Notes: generated from the letters alone by a model not told the origin. A DNA stretch of 64,000 nucleotides from Nitrospinales bacterium (GCA_038154245.1 JAYOZP010000002.1:114928-178927); one strand, 5' to 3'; counted from the first letter of the stretch, positions 35,305-45,381 are shown. Translations and numbers: made by a program.

Positions 35305-36041
35305 GAAAAAAAATAATTCTTTCTGAAAAGATAATGGAATCTCTAAATAATCTTTTTCAAGATAAGTCGATTAATATTGTCAAACAAGGCTCATTTTTGT
35401 TTTCCGATTTAGAGCAATATAAAGATAAGAAGATTCATGTTTTTGAATACAAACCAAGAATTAGTCAACCTTGTTATACAAATACAAGAAATAACTTTCT
35501 AACAGGAAAGGACAATAAAGATTATCTTAAAGAGAGTTATGGCGTTAACAAAAACCTTGATGGAGAACTTTTTATAAAACCTATATTTAAGCAATCAGAT
35601 TTTGATAATAATTCGAATTTAGTATCCTGGAAAAATAAGTCTATCGTTTTTAACTCAAAATTGAACACTCCAATTAGGATTGAAGTTTCATTAGTAAAGA
35701 ATGACGATAAATATAGTTTACGTAGCGATTTAAATTATTATAGTTGGGGTAAGAAAAATACAAATTTGTTTCATATCAAAAAATTAGATCTGAAGGTTTT
35801 GAGGAAAGAATCTGTTGGTAAGAAAAATAATTTATCTTTTTCAATTATTGATCCTCAAACCTGGGTTTCGAAAGTTAGATCTAAGTCGGTTGGCGTAGAG
35901 AACTTTGATTGGTATAGAGAGTTTGATTTTGTCGAGGTTAACAACTTACAAAAAGATAGTTTTGACGTTGAGCTTCATTGGGAAGTTATGTTTCCCAATA
36001 GGAAGGATCAATGCTGTCTAAAATTTAAAACAATTCTTTAA
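35283..36041 (+). CDS. Hypothetical protein (probable start ATG 35334)
   Basis: Open frame overlapping the preceding membrane-protein gene. Lys/Asn-rich. No recognisable motif. Confidence 0.4.
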   Translation: MPGGYKLGKKIILSEKIMESLNNLFQDKSINIVKQGSFLFSDLEQYKDKKIHVFEYKPRISQPCYTNTRNNFLTGKDNKDYLKESYGVNKNLDGELFIKPIFKQSDFDNNSNLVSWKNKSIVFNSKLNTPIRIEVSLVKNDDKYSLRSDLNYYSWGKKNTNLFHIKKLDLKVLRKESVGKKNNLSFSIIDPQTWVSKVRSKSVGVENFDWYREFDFVEVNNLQKDSFDVELHWEVMFPNRKDQCCLKFKTIL

Positions 36042-36082
36042 TATTTTCTGAATGCCTAGACTATAATTGCTTTTCATTTTTT

Positions 36083-36778
36083 ATGATTGCTCAAGTATAT
36101 TGCAAACATTTGGATTTGGCTGGCGCGGAAATTTGCCAAAAAGCCGGAGCGGATCATGTAGGCTGGCAAATAGATTTAAATGAATTTGAGAGTTGGGAAA
36201 GTATCCAAACTCGTATAAAAGAATATGTGAAAATTTCAGAGTATCTGAGCGATCAAAAAATTTCTTCGGCTTTTCTTGTTCATCCAACGTTAGATGGAGA
36301 GCTGATAAAGAAAATTTTGGACATCGTTCGGCCAACAATTTATTTTGCAAGTGGCGAACGGTCTATAGAGACCATCCGTTGGTTATCCCGCAAAAAAAAC
36401 GCTCCACAAATTATGGTTCCCATTGGAGTACCAACAAAAGACTGTCTATTGCCAGACTATGATCCCATCTCAGAGATGAAAAATTATTCGTCTTTTGTTC
36501 AATGGTTTACTACCGACACGATCAATCCGAGCGAAAGCGTTGAATCATTTGGTTGTTCTGGGAAGACGGGTAATTGGGACGCTTTTCCCGAGTTGATAGA
36601 AAAGAGTCCGTGTCCGGTAATTGTTTCTGGTGGAATGAATTCTAAGAATATTCTGGATGTTTATAAAATTTGCAAGCCATTCGGATTCGACGCCCATTCC
36701 TCAGTTTGTAAAGACGGTTATCCAGACTTAGAGTTGGCAAAAGAATTTGCACAAGCAGTTCACGCCTTAGATAGTTGA
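36083..36778 (+). CDS. Phosphoribosylanthranilate isomerase (TrpF)-like TIM-barrel protein
   Basis: GADHVGW near the N-terminus. C-terminal GKTGNWDAF...PVIVSGGMNSKNILDVYKICKPFGFDAHSSV resembles the TrpF phosphate-binding end. Confidence 0.45.
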   Translation: MIAQVYCKHLDLAGAEICQKAGADHVGWQIDLNEFESWESIQTRIKEYVKISEYLSDQKISSAFLVHPTLDGELIKKILDIVRPTIYFASGERSIETIRWLSRKKNAPQIMVPIGVPTKDCLLPDYDPISEMKNYSSFVQWFTTDTINPSESVESFGCSGKTGNWDAFPELIEKSPCPVIVSGGMNSKNILDVYKICKPFGFDAHSSVCKDGYPDLELAKEFAQAVHALDS

Positions 36779-36844
36779 CGGAGTTTTAATAAATAGCAGA
36801 AGGCGAAGAAGTTAATCTTTTTGCATTGGCGGGGAGTGGGGTGT

Positions 36845-38188
36845 TTAACTTACGGGTTGGTTTTCAATAGCTTTTGCAACTAAATCATAGTCTAAGGCCC
36901 TGTCGATACGCATTGGAACGATTTGGCCTGGCAATACTTCGCTTTCTTCTATGATGATTTGTCCGTCTATTTCTGGAGCTTGAAAAGAAGCTCTGCCAGT
37001 CATCAAGAAACTCTCTTCTTCCAGGCCTTCCACTAAAACTTGATAAGTTTTTCCAATTTTTCTCTGGTTTTTGCGAAACGAGATTTCTTTTTGAATTCGC
37101 ATCAACTCATTTTTTCTTTCTCCGGCAACTTCCGATGGAACTTTGTCCGAAAAGTCAAAAGCGGCGGTTCCCTCTTCGTCTGAGTATGTAAAAACCCCTA
37201 CATGATCAAATTCGGCTTCGTCTAAAAATTTTGCCAATTTTTGAAAACGTTCTTCAGTTTCTCCAGGAAACCCGACTATGAATGTTGTACGTAAAGCGAT
37301 ATCTGGAATTTTATTTCTACAGTTTTCGATCATGTTCCTAACGAGAGTTTCTGTTTCTTGACGTTTCATTAACTTTAACATTTCGTTATCGATATGTTGA
37401 AGCGGAACATCAATATAATTACAGACTTTTTCTTCGTCGCGAATACATTCAAGAAGAGTGTCGTCGATTAAAGTTGGGTAGCAGTATAGTAATCTGAGCC
37501 AATCAACGTCTTTTACTTTTACCAGTTCCTTGAGTAGTTGAACCAAACCATTTTTTAGTCCTAAATCGTTTCCATACAGGGTAGTGACTTGCGATACTAG
37601 ATTGAATTCGCGAACTCCCTTTTGGGTTAGCGCGGTGGTTTCTTCGACAATGGATTCAATGGTTCTGCTGCGGAAAGCTCCTCTAATTTTTGGAATATAG
37701 CAGAAGGCGCATTTGAAGGAACAACCTTCTCCGATTTTCAAGTAGGTAGAGTAAAAAGGAGTGATTAATTTTCTTTGACCGTAGGATTCAAAATATTCTG
37801 GAATGATGGTTGGTTTTCGATCTTCATCCAGATTTGTTGACTCTTTTTCTAAAAGGTTTTTTAGCTGTGGGTAGCCGTCGACTCCCATGAGCAAATCGAT
37901 TTCCGGGATTTCATCGATTAGTTCTTCTCCGTATCTTTGGGAAAGGCAACCCGTCACGACTAACTTGGAGCAATTACCATCGGTTTTTAGTTGAGCCATT
38001 TCAAAAATTGCGTCGATAGATTCTTTTTTAGAAGATTCAATAAAGCCGCAAGTATTGACAATCAGAACATCGGCTTCTTCATGAGCTGCGGTCCACTCGT
38101 AACCATTTTTTAGTAAATCTCCTAGAGCCAACTCTGTATCTACCGTGTTTTTGGGGCAACCCAGGCTCACCATTCCTATTTTTTTCAT
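36845..38188 (-). CDS. rimO: Ribosomal protein S12 methylthiotransferase
   Basis: MTTase N-domain MVSLGCPKNTVDTE, radical-SAM CSFKCAFC, C-terminal TRAM domain, 447 aa. Confidence 0.85.
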   Translation of the reverse strand: MKKIGMVSLGCPKNTVDTELALGDLLKNGYEWTAAHEEADVLIVNTCGFIESSKKESIDAIFEMAQLKTDGNCSKLVVTGCLSQRYGEELIDEIPEIDLLMGVDGYPQLKNLLEKESTNLDEDRKPTIIPEYFESYGQRKLITPFYSTYLKIGEGCSFKCAFCYIPKIRGAFRSRTIESIVEETTALTQKGVREFNLVSQVTTLYGNDLGLKNGLVQLLKELVKVKDVDWLRLLYCYPTLIDDTLLECIRDEEKVCNYIDVPLQHIDNEMLKLMKRQETETLVRNMIENCRNKIPDIALRTTFIVGFPGETEERFQKLAKFLDEAEFDHVGVFTYSDEEGTAAFDFSDKVPSEVAGERKNELMRIQKEISFRKNQRKIGKTYQVLVEGLEEESFLMTGRASFQAPEIDGQIIIEESEVLPGQIVPMRIDRALDYDLVAKAIENQPVS

Positions 38189-38242
38189 TCAGCCTCTATT
38201 CTTAAAACCTTTAAAATTTCGCGAAACAAGAATTTTGTCATC

Positions 38243-38881
38243 TTAACTTTCGTCGATTCTTTGTTTCATTCTTTTGACCAGTTCTGGATATCCTTTAGAG
38301 CGGATCACCTTTTTAAATTGGGATCTTAAGTTGTTTCGCATACTGACCCCATCAAGGATCACGTCGGTAATACGCCAATCTCCTTCGCTTGAATGGAGAG
38401 AGAAGTTTATGTCAATTTCGCCTTGATTGGGACTGGCGATGGAAATAGGCACCGACGCTTTGCCTTCTTCAATTTCGCCGCTTAAAAATTTTATTTTTAG
38501 ATTGGCGAAAAACTGAGCCGAACTGGGAAAGGCAATTTTAACAAAAACTTGGCTTAGAAGCGAGACAAAGGATTTTTGTTCTTCTGGAGTTTGTTCTTTC
38601 CAATATTTACCCAAAGTTTTTTGGCTAACCTTTTCCAGATCCATCAAGCGCAACGCTTTTTGAGACGAAATATGATTAATTTCGATCTGCTCTTTCGAAA
38701 GCTTTTCCTCTTTTTTTATTTGGTTTATCGCATTGAGTAATTCTCTTACTGTTTGCTCTGGGGTTAGCGTTGGTTTTTTTGCGAGCGCGTGGCTTACAGA
38801 TAAATTAAGGCCAATCAAAATGATGAAAATTTTTAATAGTTTTTTATGGGTCATTTTTTGTCTCTTAACAGCGTTTCTCAA
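38243..38881 (-). CDS. mlaC: MlaC/Ttg2D-like periplasmic phospholipid-binding protein
   Basis: Signal peptide, then KTLGKYWKEQTPEEQKSFVSLLSQVFVKIAF and DWRITDVILDGVSMRNNLRSQF, typical of the MlaC family. Confidence 0.6.
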   Translation of the reverse strand: MRNAVKRQKMTHKKLLKIFIILIGLNLSVSHALAKKPTLTPEQTVRELLNAINQIKKEEKLSKEQIEINHISSQKALRLMDLEKVSQKTLGKYWKEQTPEEQKSFVSLLSQVFVKIAFPSSAQFFANLKIKFLSGEIEEGKASVPISIASPNQGEIDINFSLHSSEGDWRITDVILDGVSMRNNLRSQFKKVIRSKGYPELVKRMKQRIDES

Positions 38882-39147
38882 AATACAATAACAATCATTT
38901 AACGGGTAATTTGTGTTTTTCTTTACTAGTATTATAATAAAGAAAATTCGGCTATGTAAGCGATATTGCGTTATTGAAAAACGGTTAAGAATTTACTTAT
39001 TTAGCGATAATTTGAGAATGTAGTTTTAACAATTGCTGATTGAAAAAACTTTAGAGAACCTCTAGTTGCTCGTGTTTTGACTAGTTTGCTGTCGCCTAAG
39101 CCTTTATTTCAAAGGTTAGACTCCTAGCAAATCTTGGTCCCCTTTAG

Positions 39148-39855
39148 ATGAAAAAATTATTGATTTTCATTATATTTTTAGTTTTCATGGGAACGCCAAG
39201 ATTGACCATAGCCGTTCAATCCGATTCCTTTGAGTATTTTCAAAGTTTGGAAAAAAAATTAAAAAGCTCTTTACTAAAAGATCCCAATTCCTGGGAACTC
39301 TATTGGCGGTTGGCGCGGGCCCAGTTTTATATGGGAAACCGATCAAAAAGCGAGAAAGAACAAAAAAGTCTTTATTATTTATGTAAAAAAAATGCGGACC
39401 AATCGTTAGATTTTAATCCAGAGTCTGCCGGCGGTAATTATTATAAGGCTATATGCTCTGGCAAGCTGGGACAACTCGATGGAATTTGGAGTTCATTGTC
39501 GATGATTTCGGGATTTAGGAAACAAATGGAACGCGCGGTTAAATTAGATCCATATTTTGAATATGGAGGCCCCCATCGAGCCTTAGGCAAATTTTTCCAC
39601 GATCTACCTTTTGTTCTAGGCGGAGATTTAAAAAGATCGATTGAACATTTAAAATTAGCGGTTCAGTTGGGACCGGAATATTCAGATAATTATTACTATC
39701 TTTCCGAATCGTTATTTGACGCAGAGGAATATGAATCTGCAAAACCTATATTGTCGGAGTATTTAGAAAAGAGTCGTAATGAGAAAGACGCTTCGGAAAA
39801 AAGAAAACGCGCTGAAGACTTTCTTCGGCAGATTGATATGATTCTCCAGCCTTAA
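39148..39855 (+). CDS. Secreted TPR-like protein (TatT-family-like)
   Basis: Signal peptide. GGPHRALGKFFHDLPFVLGGDLKRSIEHLKLAV resembles the TatT-family C-terminal motif. Weak call. Confidence 0.35.
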   Translation: MKKLLIFIIFLVFMGTPRLTIAVQSDSFEYFQSLEKKLKSSLLKDPNSWELYWRLARAQFYMGNRSKSEKEQKSLYYLCKKNADQSLDFNPESAGGNYYKAICSGKLGQLDGIWSSLSMISGFRKQMERAVKLDPYFEYGGPHRALGKFFHDLPFVLGGDLKRSIEHLKLAVQLGPEYSDNYYYLSESLFDAEEYESAKPILSEYLEKSRNEKDASEKRKRAEDFLRQIDMILQP

Positions 39856-39862
39856 CCCATCC

Positions 39863-41560
39863 ATGCTCAAAGAATTACATATTTCTAATATTGCGATAAT
39901 AGATAAATTGCAAGTTGAGTTTCGAGAGGGTCTTAATGTCCTTACCGGCGAAACGGGAGCGGGAAAATCTATTATCATAGACGCTTTGAATCTCGCTTTA
40001 GGCGGTAGAGCCGATACGGATATGATTCGTTCAGGTCAAACGACCGCTTCGGTTGAAGCTTTATTTTATTCTGAAGATCCTGAACTCCTTCGGTTATTAG
40101 AGAATTTGGGTATCGAAACCGAAGATAATCAAATTATAATTAAGCGAATTATTTCTTCCAAAGATAAGAACCGAAATTTTATTAATGGGAGCAATATAAC
40201 CGTTGGAGTTTTATCGCAGATCGGTCAAAATTTGGTCGATATTCACGGTCAACACGATCATCAAACGTTACTCCAACCTACGCGTCACCTTGAGATGTTA
40301 GACGCATATGGAAAGTTGACGAATGAAAGAGATAAACTTACCGCTAGTTATAAAGATTATTTATCGGTTTGTAAGCAAATCCAGGAGTTAGAATCTAGCG
40401 AACGAGAGAGATTGCAAAGAGAGGATTTACTTCGGTTTCAATTGGAGGAAATTGACCGCGCGGAGTTGTCCGAAGATGAAGAAGAAAAATTGAAAACGGA
40501 ATTAAAGAGACTTTCAAATTTTGAAGCCATTCATCAAAGTCTAAATCGCGCTTCAGCTTTTCTTTCCGAAGACGAAGGTTCCATCATTGAAAAATTGCGT
40601 ATTGTTGAAAAAGAATTAGGAGCTTTAGAGGTATTGGATTCTGAAACTGAATCTTTTTCAAAACAAGCCCAAAACATTTTTTACGAAGTGGAAGATTTGG
40701 CTGAAAAACTTTCTTCGTTTGCTTATTCAATTGAATTTAATCCTGAACGTCTCTCTGAAATTGAAGATCGAATTGCAGAAATTAATGAATTAAAAAGGAA
40801 ATATGGAAACGATATTGGATCTATATTGGCTTACCGAGAAGAGATTAGCGAAGAGTTAGAAACTCTTTCGTCGTCTCAAGAAGAAGCGGAGTTATTAAAA
40901 TCGAAACGTTTAGAATTGGAAAAAACCCTTAGTAAATTAGCGGTTAAATTAGCTGATAAACGAGAAGCGACAGCGGCAGAATTGAAAAAGAAACTAGAAA
41001 AAGAACTTCGCGATTTAAATATGAAAAAGGCTTGTATCGAAGCTTTATTTAAATATGAAGAAGGAGGTTTTGTCGAGTTTCGCAATAAAAAGACAAAGTT
41101 GAGTACATTAGGTTTGGGGAGTATGGAGTTTGCATTTTCTTCTAACCCTGGGGAAACGCCTAAACCATTATCAAAAATCGCTTCAGGAGGAGAGCTTTCA
41201 CGAGTCGCATTAGCGCTAAAGACAATCCTAAATAAACAAGATCCAGTTCCGGTTTTGGTTTTTGACGAAGTTGATACAGGAGTGGGAGGCCCGACAGCGG
41301 AAAAAATTGGAACGAAGCTTCTTAATTTAGCCAAAACTAAACAGGCGTTATGTATTACTCATTTGCCGCAAATTGCGGGCATGGGTAACGCTCATTTTTC
41401 AATTTCCAAAGAAGCCGACGATCGCACTCGCGTTCAAATACGCGAATTAAATTACGATCAAAGGGTAGAGGAAATTGCCCGTATGTCGGGAGGAGAGAAA
41501 GTTTCAGATACCGCTAGAAATTACGCTCGCGAAATGATTAAAAATAAATCGAAAAGCTGA
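39863..41560 (+). CDS. recN: DNA repair protein RecN
   Basis: LHISNIAIIDKLQVEF...LTGETGAGKSIIIDAL, a long coiled-coil middle region, ASGGELSRVALALK and LVFDEVDTGVGG. Confidence 0.95.
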   Translation: MLKELHISNIAIIDKLQVEFREGLNVLTGETGAGKSIIIDALNLALGGRADTDMIRSGQTTASVEALFYSEDPELLRLLENLGIETEDNQIIIKRIISSKDKNRNFINGSNITVGVLSQIGQNLVDIHGQHDHQTLLQPTRHLEMLDAYGKLTNERDKLTASYKDYLSVCKQIQELESSERERLQREDLLRFQLEEIDRAELSEDEEEKLKTELKRLSNFEAIHQSLNRASAFLSEDEGSIIEKLRIVEKELGALEVLDSETESFSKQAQNIFYEVEDLAEKLSSFAYSIEFNPERLSEIEDRIAEINELKRKYGNDIGSILAYREEISEELETLSSSQEEAELLKSKRLELEKTLSKLAVKLADKREATAAELKKKLEKELRDLNMKKACIEALFKYEEGGFVEFRNKKTKLSTLGLGSMEFAFSSNPGETPKPLSKIASGGELSRVALALKTILNKQDPVPVLVFDEVDTGVGGPTAEKIGTKLLNLAKTKQALCITHLPQIAGMGNAHFSISKEADDRTRVQIRELNYDQRVEEIARMSGGEKVSDTARNYAREMIKNKSKS

Positions 41561-41580
41561 GTTTAAAGATTTTTAAGTTA

Positions 41581-43455
41581 TTAAAAATAATTGACCGCAG
41601 CGCTTACGTATAAGATTCCGCTGCTTGCATCGGCTGGATTTGGTCCAAAAAGCGGATACCCATATACGAGCGAAAAGTTAGTGGAAGGTCCCCATTGCTC
41701 GGTCTTGCCAAAGTTTACCGTAACTCCCGCGCCAATTCCCGTTAATAGATCGTTGAATTCTCCAGGTTGTCTATCTTTAATATAAGTTCGACCGTGGTCG
41801 ATAAAACCTAAGAATGAAATGGTTTGGCGTAAAGTAAGATCGCCGACACCGACGGGATAATCTGAAGGAAAAGGAACGGTCCATTCCAGCGAGCTTACGT
41901 AACCCATGTCGCCGGAAATTTCAGATAAAGTGAAACCTCTTACTGTTCCCATTCCGCCCACTGCAAATTGATCGGGAGAAAGCACTCGTTTATCCACGAC
42001 TTGGCCGAAAGCTTTCATAATAAAATAGCTATTTAGGAAAGCGACGCTTTGGTAACGCGTTAAGTTTAGCTCTAAAATAGAAACGTCTCCTCTTCCTCTA
42101 AAGCGGGAGAGTAAAGCTCGATCGTCTGTTTCTGATATACCTCGGCTTAATCGAAAGCTTCCAAAAGTTCGACCTTGAAAAGAGTCCGTATAATTACCTC
42201 CAAGATCTCCATAAAATCCACGAAGTTGATCGTTGCTTGTTGTTTCGCCTAATCTAAAGTTTTTGAAATTTTTAATATTAAATCCAGCTTTAAAAGCAAG
42301 TTGTCCGTAACGGGATCGATAAAGAGGGTGGTTTGCTTCTACGGTAAAAATATTAGTTCTTCCACCCGCTTCTAATGCGTTGAGTTCTCTACCTAGCTTT
42401 TGTTCGGAATAAGTGTAAGAAAGACGTAAGGTTGTTCCGTAATAATTTAATGGAAAAATATAATTAGGGGCAATAAACCTTTGGTTTAGGTTAGAACTTG
42501 AACCTCGAATAGAAAATTGATCGCCAAGCGTTAGCAAGTTACCAACGGTAGCCGTCGCTCCCAGTCGGTTTCTTCCCGTAAAGCGCGAACCAAAGTTATC
42601 GCCGTCAATCCCATAAGAATAATTTTGAGATTCTTTGACTTCTAAAACTAGGTTCGAAGTGCCAGGCAGCTCTCCAGGTTTTAAAAGCGACCTTACGGTA
42701 ACTCCCATCATATCGTTAAGTTCAAGCAGCGTTCTTTCTAAAGTTTGTTCCCTTATATTGTCTTTCTCGTTTACGCGAGCTAAGAATTTTTTTAATTCTT
42801 CGCTATCGACTTTTTTATTTCCAGTAATTTCAATTTTTCCAATTTTCCCTTCTGAAACTTGGAGCGTTACCGTTCCATCTTTAATTTTCTGGGCCGGTAT
42901 ATATGCGCGCGCTAAGAAGTAACCTTTAGAGCCATAATAAGAAGTAATTTCCTGAGCCATGAGCAGTAATAGCCCCATAGTCATTTGTCCGCCTTCGGTA
43001 AAGTTAGCCGCTTTCAAAAGGATTTCATCGTCAAAGACAGAGTTTCCTTTGATAATTAGTTTTTTAACGGCAAATGCAGGTCCTGCGGATGGGTCTACCA
43101 CTTTACGACTGTCTGGGACGACTATTTCTGGCGTTTCTTGCTGGGGCGGCGGCTGAAATTTTGGTTGAGATTGTCTAAGGGATTTCTCGCCAAGACCAGA
43201 TTCTGTCGAAGGAGGTAGAGGAGCTTGCGCCAGAAAATCTTCTGGAGAAAAAGGCTGGGTTACAATGATTTCAGGAATTTTTTGTTTTCTTGGGGCGCCA
43301 AACCTGGGGCGAGTTTTTCTTATAAGTTTTTCGCTTAATCCGATTTCCGTTGCAGGAGGTAACTTTTCGTCGTTTTCCAGTTGTTGCGCTATTGATGTTT
43401 CTGCAAACAGAAATATCAATAAAAACAAGATTAGTAAAATCTTTGGAAAAAGCAT
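41581..43455 (-). CDS. ShlB/FhaC/HecB-family two-partner-secretion transporter (TpsB)
   Basis: Signal peptide. POTRA_2-like FAVKKLIIKGNSVFDDEILL...GYFLARAYIPAQKIKDGTVTLQVSEGKIGKIEITGN. C-terminal beta-barrel ending in F. Confidence 0.8.
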   Translation of the reverse strand: MLFPKILLILFLLIFLFAETSIAQQLENDEKLPPATEIGLSEKLIRKTRPRFGAPRKQKIPEIIVTQPFSPEDFLAQAPLPPSTESGLGEKSLRQSQPKFQPPPQQETPEIVVPDSRKVVDPSAGPAFAVKKLIIKGNSVFDDEILLKAANFTEGGQMTMGLLLLMAQEITSYYGSKGYFLARAYIPAQKIKDGTVTLQVSEGKIGKIEITGNKKVDSEELKKFLARVNEKDNIREQTLERTLLELNDMMGVTVRSLLKPGELPGTSNLVLEVKESQNYSYGIDGDNFGSRFTGRNRLGATATVGNLLTLGDQFSIRGSSSNLNQRFIAPNYIFPLNYYGTTLRLSYTYSEQKLGRELNALEAGGRTNIFTVEANHPLYRSRYGQLAFKAGFNIKNFKNFRLGETTSNDQLRGFYGDLGGNYTDSFQGRTFGSFRLSRGISETDDRALLSRFRGRGDVSILELNLTRYQSVAFLNSYFIMKAFGQVVDKRVLSPDQFAVGGMGTVRGFTLSEISGDMGYVSSLEWTVPFPSDYPVGVGDLTLRQTISFLGFIDHGRTYIKDRQPGEFNDLLTGIGAGVTVNFGKTEQWGPSTNFSLVYGYPLFGPNPADASSGILYVSAAVNYF

Positions 43456-43590
43456 GGCCCTTTATCAAAAAAAGCGTGCACGTGAGCCAATAGACTTTTT
43501 TTTGAAAAAAATCTTTACGGCTTTTTAGGGAATTTAAAGAAGACATCTAAAAACTCAAATCAGTGAAGAGTGAATTTTTAAAAATTTTCT

Positions 43591-44640
43591 TTAAAAAAGA
43601 CCTTCCAACCTAGGTTTCTTTTTGATGTCTGGAGAAATATGATTTGCCAAATATGAAAGTATCAATGATATTCTTGGTTTGTCCGATTCTTTGTTTTTTT
43701 GAATCTTTTTTATGATTAAGTTGACGGCGCGGCCCCCTTCTTCTGTCGCTCGAAAAACGAGATAATCTCCATTTTTTAATCGACCATTTAGAGTCGTTCG
43801 ATCTTTTTCAAAACCTTTTTTAAAAAAGTAATTTCGTAATAAGGACGATCCTTGAATTATAGCTGTGTCCTTCGCTTTTGAAAAAAATGGAGCTCCCCAA
43901 ATGATGTTGATCTGAACGAGCCGATTAGATTCGTGACCCAGGATATAAATTACTCTGGCTATTCCAGCTTCAGGCAATAGATCAGGGACGTCTACATTTA
44001 ATGAAATGGTGGACTCAATTACATTCTTTTCGATATTTATTTGGTCAACAGAAATATTGAAGTCTTTTTTTATCGCATTTGTAATTTCATTTTGATTCAT
44101 CCCAAATTTGGCAGACCTATAACCTTCAATAATAAAATCGCCAGAAGATCGCTGGATTTGAGTTTGCGCTTTTGGAGAGGAAGGTGATTTTGGCGGTTCC
44201 GGTTCTTTTTTTTGTTCCGCCTTTACTTCTTTTGGTTTAATAAGACTAACTAGGATTTTTCCTCTAGAGCGAATGTATTTGCTGGTTAGGCGAACCTCTT
44301 TTTTACCTCGTCGATCCGAAGAGTAACCTTTTTTCTGCCGATAAATCGTTTTGCCGTCTAAAAGAATTTGTTCGGGCTCGTTTCCTTTTTTCACTAAGGG
44401 AATACTACGAACGGCATCTAGTATGTTAGAGCTAACAGATTTTCCATCGGCTCCTAGCCCAACTTCGACGGCAAAATCGCTTATCGCATTAATTTCAGAC
44501 TGCTTTTTCTTAGGGAGATTGTTTCGGAACTCAACTCCAGGTTTTGATTCTGAAAAAGCAGGTTGAATATTAAGTAAAAAAGGAACTCCGCTATATTCTA
44601 AAATCGCAAAGAATAAGAAAGCTCCAATCCATCTACCCAT
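43591..44640 (-). CDS. Secreted hypothetical protein, paralogue of the 44701..45381 gene in its C-terminal ~170 aa
   Basis: The N-terminal hydrophobic segment ends in AFS. The shared domain begins GYRSAKFGMNQNEITNAIKKDFNIS and includes ARVIYILGHESNRLVQINIIWG. Confidence 0.6.
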   Translation of the reverse strand: MGRWIGAFLFFAILEYSGVPFLLNIQPAFSESKPGVEFRNNLPKKKQSEINAISDFAVEVGLGADGKSVSSNILDAVRSIPLVKKGNEPEQILLDGKTIYRQKKGYSSDRRGKKEVRLTSKYIRSRGKILVSLIKPKEVKAEQKKEPEPPKSPSSPKAQTQIQRSSGDFIIEGYRSAKFGMNQNEITNAIKKDFNISVDQINIEKNVIESTISLNVDVPDLLPEAGIARVIYILGHESNRLVQINIIWGAPFFSKAKDTAIIQGSSLLRNYFFKKGFEKDRTTLNGRLKNGDYLVFRATEEGGRAVNLIIKKIQKNKESDKPRISLILSYLANHISPDIKKKPRLEGLF

Positions 44641-44700
44641 TCGTTTACCTAATACTGGCGGGGTTAAGAAATTTTTCTGGAAAAACGAAAGATAAGCTTT

Positions 44701-45381
44701 TTAAAACGAGCCTTCTTCAATTTTCATAACATCCGGACTATTAGGATCTTGGATATACGATAGTCTCAAAGAAAGTTCTGGTTTTTCTTCGTTATTAGAA
44801 GAATCGGCGTTTTCGTCCTTTTTTTGATTTTGAGGATTGTTCAAAAGCAGAACGACCATTCTGCCGCTACTATCGGTTCCTCGAAAAACCAAAACAGAGC
44901 CGTCGTTTAATTTAGCGTTTAACACTAGATTGTCTTTTCGGAAACCTTTGCGCGCAAAGTAATTACGCAGTAAGTTAGCGGCTGAAACGATTTGACCTGG
45001 ATCGGGAGCTGGGTTTACAGGTTTACCCCATATTACGTTAACCTGGATTAGCTTTTTTGATTGATAACCTAAAATATAAACTACTCGCGCTACGCCGCCT
45101 TCTTCCATTAGCTTTGGAACAGTAACCGCTAAACTTGTGGTTTTTTCTAGGGCATTTTCTGATTTCTCAACTGAACTCGACGAAATATTAAAATCTTTAT
45201 TAATCGCATTTTTTATTTCAGATTCAGTCATCCCAAACTTTGCCGATCTAAAACCGTCTACCGATGCCGGTTCTCCTCCTGATACAGAAGTGGTTGATTC
45301 CACAGCGGCAAACGCTGGATTCACAATCAAACAAATTGAAAAAAGTAAGGCACAAAGCCATGCGCTTTTTGTTTTATTCAT
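44701..45381 (-). CDS. Secreted hypothetical protein (paralogous domain)
   Basis: Signal peptide ending in NPAFA. Contains GFRSAKFGMTESEIKNAINKDFNIS and ARVVYILGYQSKKLIQVNVIWG. Confidence 0.6.
   Translation of the reverse strand: MNKTKSAWLCALLFSICLIVNPAFAAVESTTSVSGGEPASVDGFRSAKFGMTESEIKNAINKDFNISSSSVEKSENALEKTTSLAVTVPKLMEEGGVARVVYILGYQSKKLIQVNVIWGKPVNPAPDPGQIVSAANLLRNYFARKGFRKDNLVLNAKLNDGSVLVFRGTDSSGRMVVLLLNNPQNQKKDENADSSNNEEKPELSLRLSYIQDPNSPDVMKIEEGSF

Noticed and set aside
35232-35334. Possible frameshift joining the 33853..35304 membrane protein to the 35283..36041 ORF.
   Set aside because: There is no similarity evidence that the two frames belong to one protein. The A8 run lies after the first stop, not at the junction. 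The overlap is compatible with two coupled genes.
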